50,521 bases of DNA from a virus. Each line of letters starts with the position of its first letter. The stretch's first letter is position 1. The notes under the pieces were generated by a model. The model had not been told where the DNA came from. It saw only the letters and a list, made by a program, of their open reading frames with translations, and made no database searches. The position numbers were made by a program, and so were the translations under genes. The stretch is from IMG/VR virus record IMGVR_UViG_3300010383_000013, positions 1 to 50,521 of that record; one strand, written 5' to 3'. Of this stretch, positions 41,898-50,466 are shown in pieces.

Positions 41898-42189
41898 CGC
41901 TCGCCTCCGATCCAACGGGCGGAACGACTACGCCGTGCACCGGGCAGTCGGGATCGTCCTCGCGGTCGAGGTTCTCCGGGTGGTGCGGCTCCGGGTCGCT
42001 GTGATCCACGACGTACCGACCGCATGTGCACAGGTCGGGGTCGTGGAGGCACGGCTCCTCGGGGTCGAGCACGAGGCACGCGCCGCAGGCGTCGGACTCA
42101 CCGGGGACGCCGAGGCATGGCCCATCGGGATCACACACGCACTGGTCTGTCTCGGCCTCTTGCTGGATACGGACGCTCTCGTCAGACAC
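41890..42189 (-). CDS. Acidic Cys-rich protein (10 Cys in 99 aa)
   Basis: The GTG start overlaps the upstream gene end by 8 nt. Contains CVCDPDGPC...CGAC...C...CTCG...CPVHG. Confidence 0.5.
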   Translation of the reverse strand: MSDESVRIQQEAETDQCVCDPDGPCLGVPGESDACGACLVLDPEEPCLHDPDLCTCGRYVVDHSDPEPHHPENLDREDDPDCPVHGVVVPPVGSEASDV

Positions 42190-42385
42190 GGACGGCCTCC
42201 TCGTCCTCCGGGTGCGGGCGGCCGTGCTGGCGGACATGGCCGGTGGCGACCAGGTCAGCGTCGATCCGGGTCTTGCGGACGGTGTGGAACCGGGGGCAGG
42301 AGCCACAGGTGATGAGGAACCCGCGGCCGCCTTCGGCCTGGGTGATGCGGACGTCGGGCACGGCGCTGGTGCTGGAGGTGGCCAT
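42182..42385 (-). CDS. Small protein with CxxC..H
   Basis: 67 aa. Its ATG shares 1 nt with the upstream stop (TGATG arrangement). Contains ITCGSCPRFH. Confidence 0.5.
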   Translation of the reverse strand: MATSSTSAVPDVRITQAEGGRGFLITCGSCPRFHTVRKTRIDADLVATGHVRQHGRPHPEDEEAVRV

Positions 42386-42711
42386 CAGCAGCTCACCAGC
42401 CCGTGGTCGACGCTGAGGTGGCGATCGCGCACGCCCTCGGCATCTGACCTGGTCGTGGTGGTGCCGTCGCAGCGGACGAACCCGCAGCCGGCGCACTCGA
42501 CGTGGTACGGCTCGGCGCCGTGCGAACGGATCACCGCGACGGCCGGCACGGCGCGGCGGTGGTCAGCGCGGTGCCAGCCGGGTTCCTGGGCGGACTTCAC
42601 GCTGGTGAAGGTCCAGCCGCAGCCGGGGACTCGGCAGGTGTGGGTGAACAGGCCGTCTCCGGTCGGGTCGGCGGTGACCTTCGGCCGTCGGCACGGGATC
42701 ACGGCCTTCAC
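42385..42711 (-). CDS. Cys/His-rich protein
   Basis: 108 aa counted from the GTG in a GTGA overlap with the rusA stop. Contains HTCRVPGCGW...ECAGCGFVRC. Confidence 0.55.
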   Translation of the reverse strand: MKAVIPCRRPKVTADPTGDGLFTHTCRVPGCGWTFTSVKSAQEPGWHRADHRRAVPAVAVIRSHGAEPYHVECAGCGFVRCDGTTTTRSDAEGVRDRHLSVDHGLVSC

Positions 42712-43238
42712 AGGAGCGCTCCCTGCTCGGTGCCGTCGCTGCCGAGGACCTGCTCGACGCGCTCGGCCGCGGTCGCGGCGACCTCGAGCAGCGGCATCAC
42801 GGTGATCACCGCGCCGGGCTTCTGCGGGTCGGTGGCGTACCCCTTGACGAGGTTGAGGGCGGCGACCTGGGCGTCGTCCTTGAAGACCCGGGCCTCGGTG
42901 AGCGCGTCGAGGGTGGAGCGGGTGAGCTTGTCGATGTCGGGCTTCTTCTCGACGTACATCGGGGCGTTGGGCTTGAGAACGCCGGCGTTGCGGCCGGTGC
43001 CGAAGTGGTAGCCGGGCCGGGGGAGAGCGAACGCGATGGTGACCTCGAGGGGGCCTTCGAAGGGTGGGCGGTCGGCGACGGCGGCGAGGGCGGCGACCTT
43101 GACGTCCTGTCGCCAAGGCTTGGTCTTGGCGGAGTCCTCGGTGATGATCACGCGCTTCGTCTTGGGGTTGACGAAGCCGCGCTTGGAGCCCTGGGGGGCT
43201 GGGGTGCCGGTGACGGTGATGGTGAGGGCGTCGGTCAT
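42708..43238 (-). CDS. rusA: RusA-family Holliday junction resolvase
   Basis: 176 aa. VTGTPAPQGSKR...KPDIDKLTRSTLDALTEARVFKDDAQV is the RusA signature. Confidence 0.9.
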   Translation of the reverse strand: MTDALTITVTGTPAPQGSKRGFVNPKTKRVIITEDSAKTKPWRQDVKVAALAAVADRPPFEGPLEVTIAFALPRPGYHFGTGRNAGVLKPNAPMYVEKKPDIDKLTRSTLDALTEARVFKDDAQVAALNLVKGYATDPQKPGAVITVMPLLEVAATAAERVEQVLGSDGTEQGALL

Positions 43239-43483
43239 CGTGGCCTCCGTTGCGGGGTGTCGGTGGTGGGGGAGAGCAGGGCCCTGAGCCGGGCGACGTC
43301 GACGACTTCGACGCGGCGGACGTGGTCGTCGGGGAACTCCCACTCCTGGACGTCGTCGGGCTCGGCGAGCACCGCGCGGATCGCGTCCTCAAGCTCGCGG
43401 CGGCCGTCGGCGCGGCCGGCCTGGTAGCAGCGCTCGACGTGGCTGTGGACGTGGCCGTCGGGGATCCCGCAGTTGCCGCTCAT
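43235..43483 (-). CDS. Hypothetical protein
   Basis: 82 aa with ATGA overlaps at both ends. Confidence 0.55.
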   Translation of the reverse strand: MSGNCGIPDGHVHSHVERCYQAGRADGRRELEDAIRAVLAEPDDVQEWEFPDDHVRRVEVVDVARLRALLSPTTDTPQRRPR

Positions 43484-45192
43484 GCCCGCGCCCCGTAGAC
43501 CACGACGTCGGTCGCGAAGAACTGCCCGTCGGACCTCTCGGCCAGCCCGTTGCGGACCAGGTCAGACAGGTACGTCGAGAACGTCCCACCCGACGTCGCG
43601 ATGTCCGCGGCCGCGCCGAGCTCGTCACGCGTCAGCCCGGCCGGGTGCGCCGCCAGGAGCGCGTCGAACATCTTGGCCGCCCCGGACCGCAAGATGGCCC
43701 GGTAGTGGTCCTGCAGCTCGCCGGGGGTCATCGGATCCGGCCGGCCGCCGAGGTAGTCGAACCCGGCGTCGGTCAGCGTGTAGCCGGCGGCGTTCTCATC
43801 GAGCAGGCCGGCGCGACGGATGTCCGACAGGTAGGTCGACCAGGTGCCGCCCGAGGTCTTGAGCTTGGCGACGGTGCCCCACTGGCTCTTGGTGAGCCGC
43901 AGGGGGGCCATCCGGCCGAGAGCCTCGACCATCCGGTGTGCGCCGGACCGGAGGGTGACGCTGCTGCTCTGGCCGGTCCCCTGCCCAGCCGTGGGTGCGG
44001 GAGCCCGCGTGGCGGGGCGCGGTCGCTGCGCAGCATCTGGTGCAGCGGGGCGCGGCCGGCCAGCGTCGGCGCTCGGGCGGCTGGGCAGGGGAGTCTGGTG
44101 CTCGGCGAGGTACCTGAGCGCTCCGTCGAGTTCGGCGAGCTTCTCCCGGAAGGGCCGCATCACCTCGCGGAGCTCCGATGCGTACGCCGGGCCGAGCACG
44201 GGCACCTCGACCCGCTCAGGCTCGACGACCGGCCGCTCGGCGAGCTGCCGCTCCAGGTCGCGGATCCGGGCGCGCAGGACCTTCGGGTCGTCGGCCTTCG
44301 CCTTCTCCACGGTCGCGGCGATCTGCTCGCCGAGCGCGGTCAGGTCGATCTCCGCGCGCGCCTTCGGCGTACGACGGGTCTCGCCCGGCTTCGGGGTCGC
44401 CGAGGAGTCGAAGGTGTGCCGCGCGCGGATCTTCACCCGCTGCAGGACCTCGAGCCATCCCGGCGACCACACCCACGCGGTCCCGACCGGCAGCGACGGC
44501 AGCGACGCCTTCAGGTCGCGCGCCTGGTCCTCCTCGGCATGCAGGCGCACCCACTCGTCGATCGCGGCCACGTCCCGGGGGCCGGTCATCCCGAGCGCGA
44601 TGAGGACCTCGGCTTGCGTGAGGACGTCCTTGTGGAGCACGGCCGGCCGCTGGGTGATCAGCGTGACGCCAATCCCGCGGGCGCGGCCGCGGCGGACCAG
44701 GTCCTCCATCGCGCCCAGCAGCCGCGCGCCGTCGGCCTGCGCACGCTGGGGCGCGAACGCGTCGGCCTCGTCGACGATCACGTGCAGCGCGTCGCGGTTG
44801 CGGTGGTAGATCCGCTCGATGAACTTCGTCATGAACGACCGGGACGCGGTCTTCGACAGCAGGGACAGGTCCAACACGACCGGGACGCGCTGGTCGACGA
44901 CGAAGTCCGCGACCACGTCGCCCGCGGTCGGCTCGAGGGGGACGTCGCCGTGGTCGCCCCCGAAGATCACGACCGGCAGGCCCTCGGCCTGGCCGTCCGC
45001 GGAGGACCGGATCCCGTGCCAGACGCCGACCGGGTCGATCATCACCACCGGGTGGCCGGCGCCGATCATCTCCTCCGCCATCACGACCGCGGTGTTGGTC
45101 TTCCCCTTGCCGCGCTTCGCGAGGATCGCGAACGTCTCGGTGACCGCCTCGACCGGGAGCTCGAGGTCATCAGCGATCCGCAGGCCACTCAC
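43480..45192 (-). CDS. HerA/FtsK-like P-loop ATPase with two tandem C-terminal winged-helix repeats
   Basis: 570 aa counted from the GTG in a GTGA overlap. Walker A is AKRGKGKTN and Walker B is LHVIVDEADAF. Two ~70-aa repeats share SGGT.STYLSD..R.GL. Confidence 0.8.
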   Translation of the reverse strand: MSGLRIADDLELPVEAVTETFAILAKRGKGKTNTAVVMAEEMIGAGHPVVMIDPVGVWHGIRSSADGQAEGLPVVIFGGDHGDVPLEPTAGDVVADFVVDQRVPVVLDLSLLSKTASRSFMTKFIERIYHRNRDALHVIVDEADAFAPQRAQADGARLLGAMEDLVRRGRARGIGVTLITQRPAVLHKDVLTQAEVLIALGMTGPRDVAAIDEWVRLHAEEDQARDLKASLPSLPVGTAWVWSPGWLEVLQRVKIRARHTFDSSATPKPGETRRTPKARAEIDLTALGEQIAATVEKAKADDPKVLRARIRDLERQLAERPVVEPERVEVPVLGPAYASELREVMRPFREKLAELDGALRYLAEHQTPLPSRPSADAGRPRPAAPDAAQRPRPATRAPAPTAGQGTGQSSSVTLRSGAHRMVEALGRMAPLRLTKSQWGTVAKLKTSGGTWSTYLSDIRRAGLLDENAAGYTLTDAGFDYLGGRPDPMTPGELQDHYRAILRSGAAKMFDALLAAHPAGLTRDELGAAADIATSGGTFSTYLSDLVRNGLAERSDGQFFATDVVVYGARA

Positions 45193-45407
45193 CGGGCACC
45201 GCCTCGCGAGCCGGCCGTGCCGAGGATCCGGCGCGCCGCCACCTCCGCGCGAGCGAGCCGGTACCGGGCCATGCCCGGCCGGCCCCGCTGCAGCAGCTTC
45301 AGCGCGTCCTTGCAGGCGACGTCGAGCAGCATGTCGACGTGCGCCACCCGGTCGCGGAACGCCGCCGCCTGGGCGTCGTCGGCCTGCACCGTCATCAGCC
45401 GACTCAT
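45189..45407 (-). CDS. Hypothetical protein
   Basis: 72 aa with overlapping start/stop at both ends. Confidence 0.5.
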   Translation of the reverse strand: MSRLMTVQADDAQAAAFRDRVAHVDMLLDVACKDALKLLQRGRPGMARYRLARAEVAARRILGTAGSRGGAR

Positions 45408-45892
45408 CGTGACCGCCCCAGGTACACCGTCGGGTGGAGGACCTTCTCGTCCCACTCGATCGCGTCCGCCGCGGTGCGGGCGCGCTGCTCGGCCTCGCGC
45501 TCGGCCTGGTCGTCGGCCTCGCGGTCGTACCCGGTGTCCCGAGGCACCTCCTCTCCGCCGGGACGGACCCAGCCGCCGAACGTCGGGTTGTGCCGGCCGT
45601 CGGCGACCGCGACCACACCGGGGCCGACGACGTACGCCAGCGGCGCCGACCGCGGCCCGAGGGTCGCGAGGTTCCCGCGCTTCACCTGCGAGTCGCGCAG
45701 CAGGGGCCGGGCGAGGTCGTCGAGCTCGGCGAACGAGACCCGATTCGCGTCGGCCAGCGACTGGTGCTCGTCGACGGTGAGCAGGTGCCGGTCCACGCCG
45801 ACCAGGCCGGCGTGGAAGACAGCGAACCCCGGGTGGGGCTGGTGGTGCCGCAGCACGCTGTCGCGCGGCGGCAGGACACCGGGGGCGATCAC
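45404..45892 (-). CDS. Hypothetical protein
   Basis: 162 aa. The GTG start overlaps the recT stop (GTGA). Confidence 0.6.
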   Translation of the reverse strand: MIAPGVLPPRDSVLRHHQPHPGFAVFHAGLVGVDRHLLTVDEHQSLADANRVSFAELDDLARPLLRDSQVKRGNLATLGPRSAPLAYVVGPGVVAVADGRHNPTFGGWVRPGGEEVPRDTGYDREADDQAEREAEQRARTAADAIEWDEKVLHPTVYLGRSR

Positions 45893-46890
45893 GACTGGCT
45901 CCGGTCGGGGAAGGGGTTGTCGAGGGCGTCGCGGGTCGCGTCGATCACGATGCGCGCGTCGGCCTCGGTGAGGTCCTTGCGGCTGGTGATCTCGCGGCCG
46001 AGGACCTTCGAGAGGTACTTGTGGTGCCCGTCCTCGGGGATGCCGGCTTCGCCCATGACGGCGAACAGGGCCTTCGCGAGGCTGGAGCGCATGTCCAGGC
46101 GGGGGGAGTCCTCGGCGCCGGCCGGGGCCGCGTCCTCGGCGTCCGGCTCGGGCTCGACGTCGAGGATCGGGTTCTCCGGCGTCGGGTCCTGCGGCTCGGC
46201 AGGGCCGTCGAGGACCGCGGCCATGCGCGCCGCGGCGTTGCCCTGGTCAGCCGACGGCACCTGACGTGCACCGGGACGGTCGGCCTGGCCCATCTCGTCG
46301 TCGGTGTAGATCCCGGAGAGGTCCTGCGGGAACGCCTTGCGGAGCGCGAGCGCCTCGGCGCACTTCGCCAGCTGGTTCGCCGGCATCCGCGCCCACATCG
46401 GGTTCGGGTCGCCGTTGCGGTTCGTCTGGACGTACTCACGGAACGCGGCGACGGCGGAGAACTTCTTCCCGTCGCGGTAGATGGTGACCTTCGCGGCCGC
46501 GGGCGGGCTCTGCCGGGTCCACACGTCCGTCCAGTTGCCGTCACCGTCGGCCCACTGGGTGTCGTCGTACTCGAGCGTCTCGCCGGCGCGGTCGGCGGCG
46601 CGGCGGGCGATGAGCCGGAACCCGTCGATGCCGGTCTGGATCGTCTGCTTCGTGACCCAGCGGTCACCGTCCTTGACGTTGCGGCCGATCATGTAGATCT
46701 GGCGGGCGAACGGGTCGAGGCCGGTCTTCTGGGCGACGTGCAGGAAGACGAGGAGGTCGGCGTCGGAGGCCTTGTCGACGCCCATCTGGCGCAGCGCCGC
46801 GAGCTGGCGGTTGTCCCACCAGGACTGGTCGTCGTTGAGCGCCAGGGCGGCGCGGGGGTGCTGCTGCACGGTGGCGAGTTCGGTGTTCAT
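45889..46890 (-). CDS. recT: RecT-family single-strand annealing protein
   Basis: 333 aa. LLVFLHVAQKTGLDPFARQIYMI...QTGIDGFRLIA...MPANQLAKCAEALALRKAFP is RecT-like. An acidic, low-complexity C-terminal extension follows. Confidence 0.9.
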   Translation of the reverse strand: MNTELATVQQHPRAALALNDDQSWWDNRQLAALRQMGVDKASDADLLVFLHVAQKTGLDPFARQIYMIGRNVKDGDRWVTKQTIQTGIDGFRLIARRAADRAGETLEYDDTQWADGDGNWTDVWTRQSPPAAAKVTIYRDGKKFSAVAAFREYVQTNRNGDPNPMWARMPANQLAKCAEALALRKAFPQDLSGIYTDDEMGQADRPGARQVPSADQGNAAARMAAVLDGPAEPQDPTPENPILDVEPEPDAEDAAPAGAEDSPRLDMRSSLAKALFAVMGEAGIPEDGHHKYLSKVLGREITSRKDLTEADARIVIDATRDALDNPFPDRSQS

Positions 46891-47783
46891 GCGGAGAGCT
46901 CCTTCTCGGTGAAGTCGGTGGTGGTCGCGACGAGCACGAACGACGCGTGCTCCCCGCGGGGCTGGCGGCGGGCGATCCGCACGCCGTTGCAGGTCGCGTA
47001 CTGCGCACGCCCCATCCGCTCGATCGCGGTCGCCCGGGCCAGCCGCGCCGCGGCCTCCCCGGCGTCGACCTGCTGCTTCGCGGTCACGAGCGCGACGGCG
47101 AGGTCCTCGTCGAGCTCGACCTCCACGCCGGCGTCGATCTCCGGGTGGAGCTTGCGGACGGCGTCGTACGTCGCGACCGAGTCGTCCAGCGGCGGCGGCA
47201 CCTCCAGCGACAGCGACTCGTACCACTCCCGCATCCGGTCGAGCAGCCGCTCCCCGACCACGGGGTCGTAGTCGATGACGTAGTTCGCGAACCGCAGCCG
47301 CGGCCCCAGCACCGGCATGTGCACGCGGCGGACGGGGATCTTGTGCAGGTTCGCGATGTGAGCGGTGAGGAACGCCTGGACCAGGTAGTACGCGGGGACC
47401 TCGTCGGTGCCGGGGTCGCCCCACGCCTCGTCGTCGCTGCTGGTCTTGGCCTCGACGATGATCGGCTCGACGCCGGTCCCCTCGTCGCGGACGCACATGG
47501 CGTCGGGAGTGGCGACCGCCCAGCCGCCGAGGGGGAGGGAGACCTGCTCGCGCCACTTCTTGTGGTCGGGGTGGTGGTTGCGCCACCAGGCGAGCACGCC
47601 GGACTCGAGGAGGTCGCCGCGCTCCATGGCCTCGGTCTGGTCGTCCCAGGGGACCTCGCCGCGCATCTTGCGCCACATGGAGTACTGGGAGTCCCAGGGG
47701 CTGATGCCGAGGATCGCGGCGGCCTTGGAGGGGGAGACGCGGCGGCACCACTCGGGGGAGCCGGGGAGCATGAGGTCGTTCAT
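46887..47783 (-). CDS. YqaJ-type (lambda Exo-like, PD-(D/E)xK) exonuclease
   Basis: 298 aa. GSPEW...SPSKAAAILGISPWDS...ERGDLLE...IVEAKTS...YYLVQ is the YqaJ pattern. The gene is coupled to recT (ATGA). Confidence 0.85.
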   Translation of the reverse strand: MNDLMLPGSPEWCRRVSPSKAAAILGISPWDSQYSMWRKMRGEVPWDDQTEAMERGDLLESGVLAWWRNHHPDHKKWREQVSLPLGGWAVATPDAMCVRDEGTGVEPIIVEAKTSSDDEAWGDPGTDEVPAYYLVQAFLTAHIANLHKIPVRRVHMPVLGPRLRFANYVIDYDPVVGERLLDRMREWYESLSLEVPPPLDDSVATYDAVRKLHPEIDAGVEVELDEDLAVALVTAKQQVDAGEAAARLARATAIERMGRAQYATCNGVRIARRQPRGEHASFVLVATTTDFTEKELSA

Positions 47784-48046
47784 CCCGCCACCTCCGTCCA
47801 CTCGCGGGGCGTGCGTGACTCGTCGCCGAGGTACTGCTGCACGGCGGTGTCAGCGACGGCCGCGGCGTGTGCGAGCGTCGCGTGGACCTGGGCCTTGTCG
47901 AGCAGCACGCGGGCGGTGGAGATCGCCATGGCGCGCTTCTCGAACTGCTCGACGGTCGCGTCTGGCATCGCCTCGGCCGCGAGGTGTGCCTCCTTGAAGG
48001 CGTCGAGGAGCCTCTCGGCCTCGCGGTAGTGCGCCGGCCCGTTCAC
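47780..48046 (-). CDS. Hypothetical helical protein
   Basis: 88 aa counted from the GTG in a GTGA overlap. Confidence 0.5.
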   Translation of the reverse strand: MNGPAHYREAERLLDAFKEAHLAAEAMPDATVEQFEKRAMAISTARVLLDKAQVHATLAHAAAVADTAVQQYLGDESRTPREWTEVAG

Positions 48047-48321
48047 GACACACACTCCGTGCAGAGGCCCGGCTCGGCCCACGAGCAGCCGACGAAGCAC
48101 CCCTCCGAGTCCGTGCAGCCGCACATGCGGCACCGGGTCTCGAGGGTGAGCGTCAGCGTCTCCGGGCTGCCCAGCGCGGCCCACACGTGGAACGGCATCG
48201 TCAGCTGGACCGGCTGCTCACCGTCGGGCGCTTCGACCTCGAGGACGACCTCGCCGCCAGGCGTGCTCTCCTTGACGAGCACGACGTCCTGAACCGTGGT
48301 CGGGATCTGGAGCTCGGTCAT
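48043..48321 (-). CDS. Hypothetical protein with C-terminal 8-Cys cluster
   Basis: 92 aa. Contains RCRMCGCTDSEGCFVGCSWAEPGLCTEC. Confidence 0.55.
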   Translation of the reverse strand: MTELQIPTTVQDVVLVKESTPGGEVVLEVEAPDGEQPVQLTMPFHVWAALGSPETLTLTLETRCRMCGCTDSEGCFVGCSWAEPGLCTECVS

Positions 48322-48500
48322 GCCGCACCCGCCTCACCGGAACCACGGCACGACCAGCACGTGATCGCCACCCACCGGCGCCCCGCCGGCTTCCACTCGA
48401 AGTGCGCGATGATCTGCGCGCCCTGGCACTCCGCGCAGTCGTCCGGGCCACCCACAGGCTCCTCGTCGACGACGACGGGTTCGGACGCCGGGGCGCTCAT
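48318..48500 (-). CDS. Small zinc-ribbon-like protein
   Basis: 60 aa. Contains DCAECQG...TCWSCRG. Confidence 0.5.
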   Translation of the reverse strand: MSAPASEPVVVDEEPVGGPDDCAECQGAQIIAHFEWKPAGRRWVAITCWSCRGSGEAGAA

Positions 48501-48664
48501 GCCGCACCGCCCGACACCGACCGGCCCGCCGGGTGCAACCGCGCGAGCCCACGACGCAACCGCCGGTTCTCCGCCGCCAGGTCCGCGTTCGCACCGACCG
48601 CGACCATCAGCAGCAGCGACACCACCACGAGCGCGCCGAGGAACACCCACGCCGCCGCGCTCAC
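48497..48664 (-). CDS. Small membrane protein
   Basis: 55 aa counted from the GTG in a GTGA overlap. TM segment AAAWVFLGALVVVSLLLMVAV. Confidence 0.45.
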   Translation of the reverse strand: MSAAAWVFLGALVVVSLLLMVAVGANADLAAENRRLRRGLARLHPAGRSVSGGAA

Positions 48665-49014
48665 GACACACCGTCCGAACCGGCGCCGACCAGCCGCAGC
48701 GGCACCACCTTGCGGGACGTCCACACTTCCACCGGCACGCCACCGATCGCCGTCGGCAGGTGGCCGCGGTGGATCACCAGCTCCCGGTCCGGCCGGGCCT
48801 CGGTCGGTCGCCGCACCTCCGGTTCCGTGATGTCGTCGAGCGCAGCTACCCAGCGGGCGGCGGCGCTCTCGGTGGCGCGGATCGTGATAGCGGGGGCGTC
48901 GCCGTAGTGCGGGACGTCGAGGCCGTGGTAGTCCAGGCGCTGGTCGGCGGCGTACGCGGCGACCGCGGCGGCTGCGAGCGTGGCGGTCTTCTCGACCACC
49001 GTCCCCGCGCTCAT
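48661..49014 (-). CDS. Hypothetical protein
   Basis: 117 aa counted from the ATG in an ATGA overlap. Confidence 0.55.
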   Translation of the reverse strand: MSAGTVVEKTATLAAAAVAAYAADQRLDYHGLDVPHYGDAPAITIRATESAAARWVAALDDITEPEVRRPTEARPDRELVIHRGHLPTAIGGVPVEVWTSRKVVPLRLVGAGSDGVS

Positions 49015-49259
49015 GCCGACACCTCGCGGTGAGCGATCAGGACGCCGATCAGGCGCTCGCGCTCGGCGGGCGTGAGGACCACCATGGCGGCCTGCTCCCA
49101 GCCGCCGCCGTCGACCGTGGGACCGACCCGGAGCACGGTGTTGCCCGTCGACGTGGTCTCGATCGCGCCGATGACGCCGACCTGGCGGAGGTAGGGGTTG
49201 TCGAGGTTGCGGACATCGAGGCCGAGCGGCCTGTCGATGGTGGTGCTGGTCTCCGTCAT
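49011..49259 (-). CDS. Hypothetical protein
   Basis: 82 aa with an AAGGGAG Shine-Dalgarno. Confidence 0.6.
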   Translation of the reverse strand: MTETSTTIDRPLGLDVRNLDNPYLRQVGVIGAIETTSTGNTVLRVGPTVDGGGWEQAAMVVLTPAERERLIGVLIAHREVSA

Positions 49260-49332
49260 GGGAGACTCCCTTCAGTTCGTGCGCCCTGGTCCCTGCCGAC
49301 AAGCTCTGGCCGGGGCGCCGGCTATTTCTGGG

Positions 49333-49527
49333 TCAGGACGCCCGGCGGTCAGCCGGTGCCATGCCGCGCCGGCGGCGGATGCGGTCCTCGAGCTCGTCGA
49401 CCGAGTACGGCGACGTCGGAGTCCACGCGGCCTCGGCCTGCTCCCTCGGCGTCATCTGCGCCTGGGTCGCACGGCCCTGCGCCAGCACGCGGCCGGCAGC
49501 CTCGATGCACTCCTGCTCTGTCGGCAT
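49333..49527 (-). CDS. Hypothetical protein
   Basis: 64 aa. Its ATG shares 1 nt with the stop of the Cro-like gene (TGATG arrangement). Confidence 0.5.
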   Translation of the reverse strand: MPTEQECIEAAGRVLAQGRATQAQMTPREQAEAAWTPTSPYSVDELEDRIRRRRGMAPADRRAS

Positions 49528-49784
49528 CACGCCACCGACTTCGACTTCTCGGGGTGCTTGATGGCCAACGGCTTGCAGCCGAGGACCTTGCACACCCGCG
49601 CGAGGAGATGGTTCGGGAGCGGCTTCCGGCCGGCCTCGATGTTCGAGAGGTACGCGTACGAGATGCCGACCTCGGTGGCGAAGTCACCGAGCTTCCAGCC
49701 GTCCCGCTCGCGCAGCTCCCGCAGCGTCGCGCCGACCCGCTCCCGCTCCGCCAGTTCCTCGGCGGTGATCTTCTTCGGGGTCAT
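49527..49784 (-). CDS. XRE-family HTH protein, Cro-like first gene of the lytic operon (probably leaderless)
   Basis: HTH LGDFATEVGISYAYLSNIEAGRKPLP. The ATG at 49784 lies 6 nt after a TACGTT -10 box. The longer 49814 start would lie inside the predicted promoter. Confidence 0.8.
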   Translation of the reverse strand: MTPKKITAEELAERERVGATLRELRERDGWKLGDFATEVGISYAYLSNIEAGRKPLPNHLLARVCKVLGCKPLAIKHPEKSKSVA

Positions 49785-49819
49785 GGGAAGAACGTAAGGA
49801 ACATCAGGGAACAAGTCAA
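49785..49819 (-). promoter_or_regulatory. Candidate early lytic promoter (TTGACT - 17 nt - TACGTT) driving a leaderless transcript
   Basis: The minus-sense sequence is TTGACTtgttccctgatgttcctTACGTTcttcccATG. The region is AT-richer than the rest of the genome. Confidence 0.55.
49795..49806 (-). promoter_or_regulatory. Operator-like 12-mer TGATGTTCCTTA (inverted partner at 49938..49949)
   Basis: It overlaps the spacer and -10 box of the candidate lytic promoter and matches the plus-strand copy at 11/12 positions. Confidence 0.45.
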
Positions 49820-49937
49820 GGAGAACATGGAAGAACTGGAGGAAGAACCTGTTTCTGCAGGTCAGGTCGTCTCACATGTCCGTACTTTCGCCCATGTATT
49901 CCCGACGATCTTCCCGGTTGTACGGATTCGTCCCGGT

Positions 49938-49949
49938 TGATGTTCCCTA
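49938..49949 (+). promoter_or_regulatory. Operator-like 12-mer TGATGTTCCCTA
   Basis: It lies 46 nt upstream of the repressor GTG. It is flanked by TCCCGGTTG direct repeats at 49912 and 49931. Confidence 0.45.
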
Positions 49950-49994
49950 GGTTTTCCGGAAACCCTTCCGGCATGGACCTGAGACGAGGCACCG

Positions 49995-50435
49995 GTGCCG
50001 CAGAACCCGAACCAGCAACGCGCCGCGAACGCTGTCGCGTCGTGGCTGGCGAAGCACCACAAGAACCACGCCTGGCTGGTCGACGCCGCCAAGGCAGACC
50101 CGGGAACGATCAGCGACTTCCTGTCGCACGAGCGCTGGCCCAAACTCGGCACCCAGGGGCGGATCGAAGACTCTCTTGGCTGGCCCGCCGGCATCATCCG
50201 CCAGATCGGGAACGGCGCCGAGGTCGACATCGACGCGCTCATCGCAACGTCGCCGCCGACCCCTGTCGGTGGTCCAACGCAGGATGCCGGCTACGTCGCC
50301 TCACCGGGCGAGAGAGTCGAAGGGGGAGCCACCAACGATGAGGTGCTCGCGGGCATTCGGGAGATGCGAGACGACATGCGCGCACTGCGAGAGGCGATCG
50401 AGAGGCTGGCGGACACCCGCGAGCCTGGTGCCTAA
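49995..50435 (+). CDS. XRE/cI-like HTH immunity repressor
   Basis: 146 aa. The N-terminal HTH is WLVDAAKADPGTISDFLSHERWP...IEDSLGWPAGIIRQI, with a C-terminal coiled coil. It is divergent from the Cro-like gene and upstream of ImmA. GTG start with an ACGAGG Shine-Dalgarno. Confidence 0.75.
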   Translation: MPQNPNQQRAANAVASWLAKHHKNHAWLVDAAKADPGTISDFLSHERWPKLGTQGRIEDSLGWPAGIIRQIGNGAEVDIDALIATSPPTPVGGPTQDAGYVASPGERVEGGATNDEVLAGIREMRDDMRALREAIERLADTREPGA

Positions 50436-50466
50436 CCCCTGGGTCGCACTCTCGACGTACGAGGAC

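Larger units (their letters stand above)
1..50466. mobile_element. Complete circularly closed temperate siphovirus-like actinophage genome (unit length 50,466 bp)
   Basis: The two ends are identical over 55 bp. Lysogeny, replication/recombination, packaging, head, tail and lysis modules are all present. GC is about 70%, and nearly all genes form one minus-strand train. Confidence 0.85.

Noticed and set aside
45889-47783. RecT/YqaJ pair as something unusual.
   Set aside because: It is a standard Red-like recombination module in temperate phages. It is reported as features only.
49785-49814. Longer start (ATG at 49814, MFPDVPYVLPM...) for the Cro-like gene.
   Set aside because: The extra 10 codons coincide with the -35/-10 promoter candidate. 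They add a non-HTH hydrophobic peptide and have no Shine-Dalgarno. This start cannot be excluded without transcription start site data.
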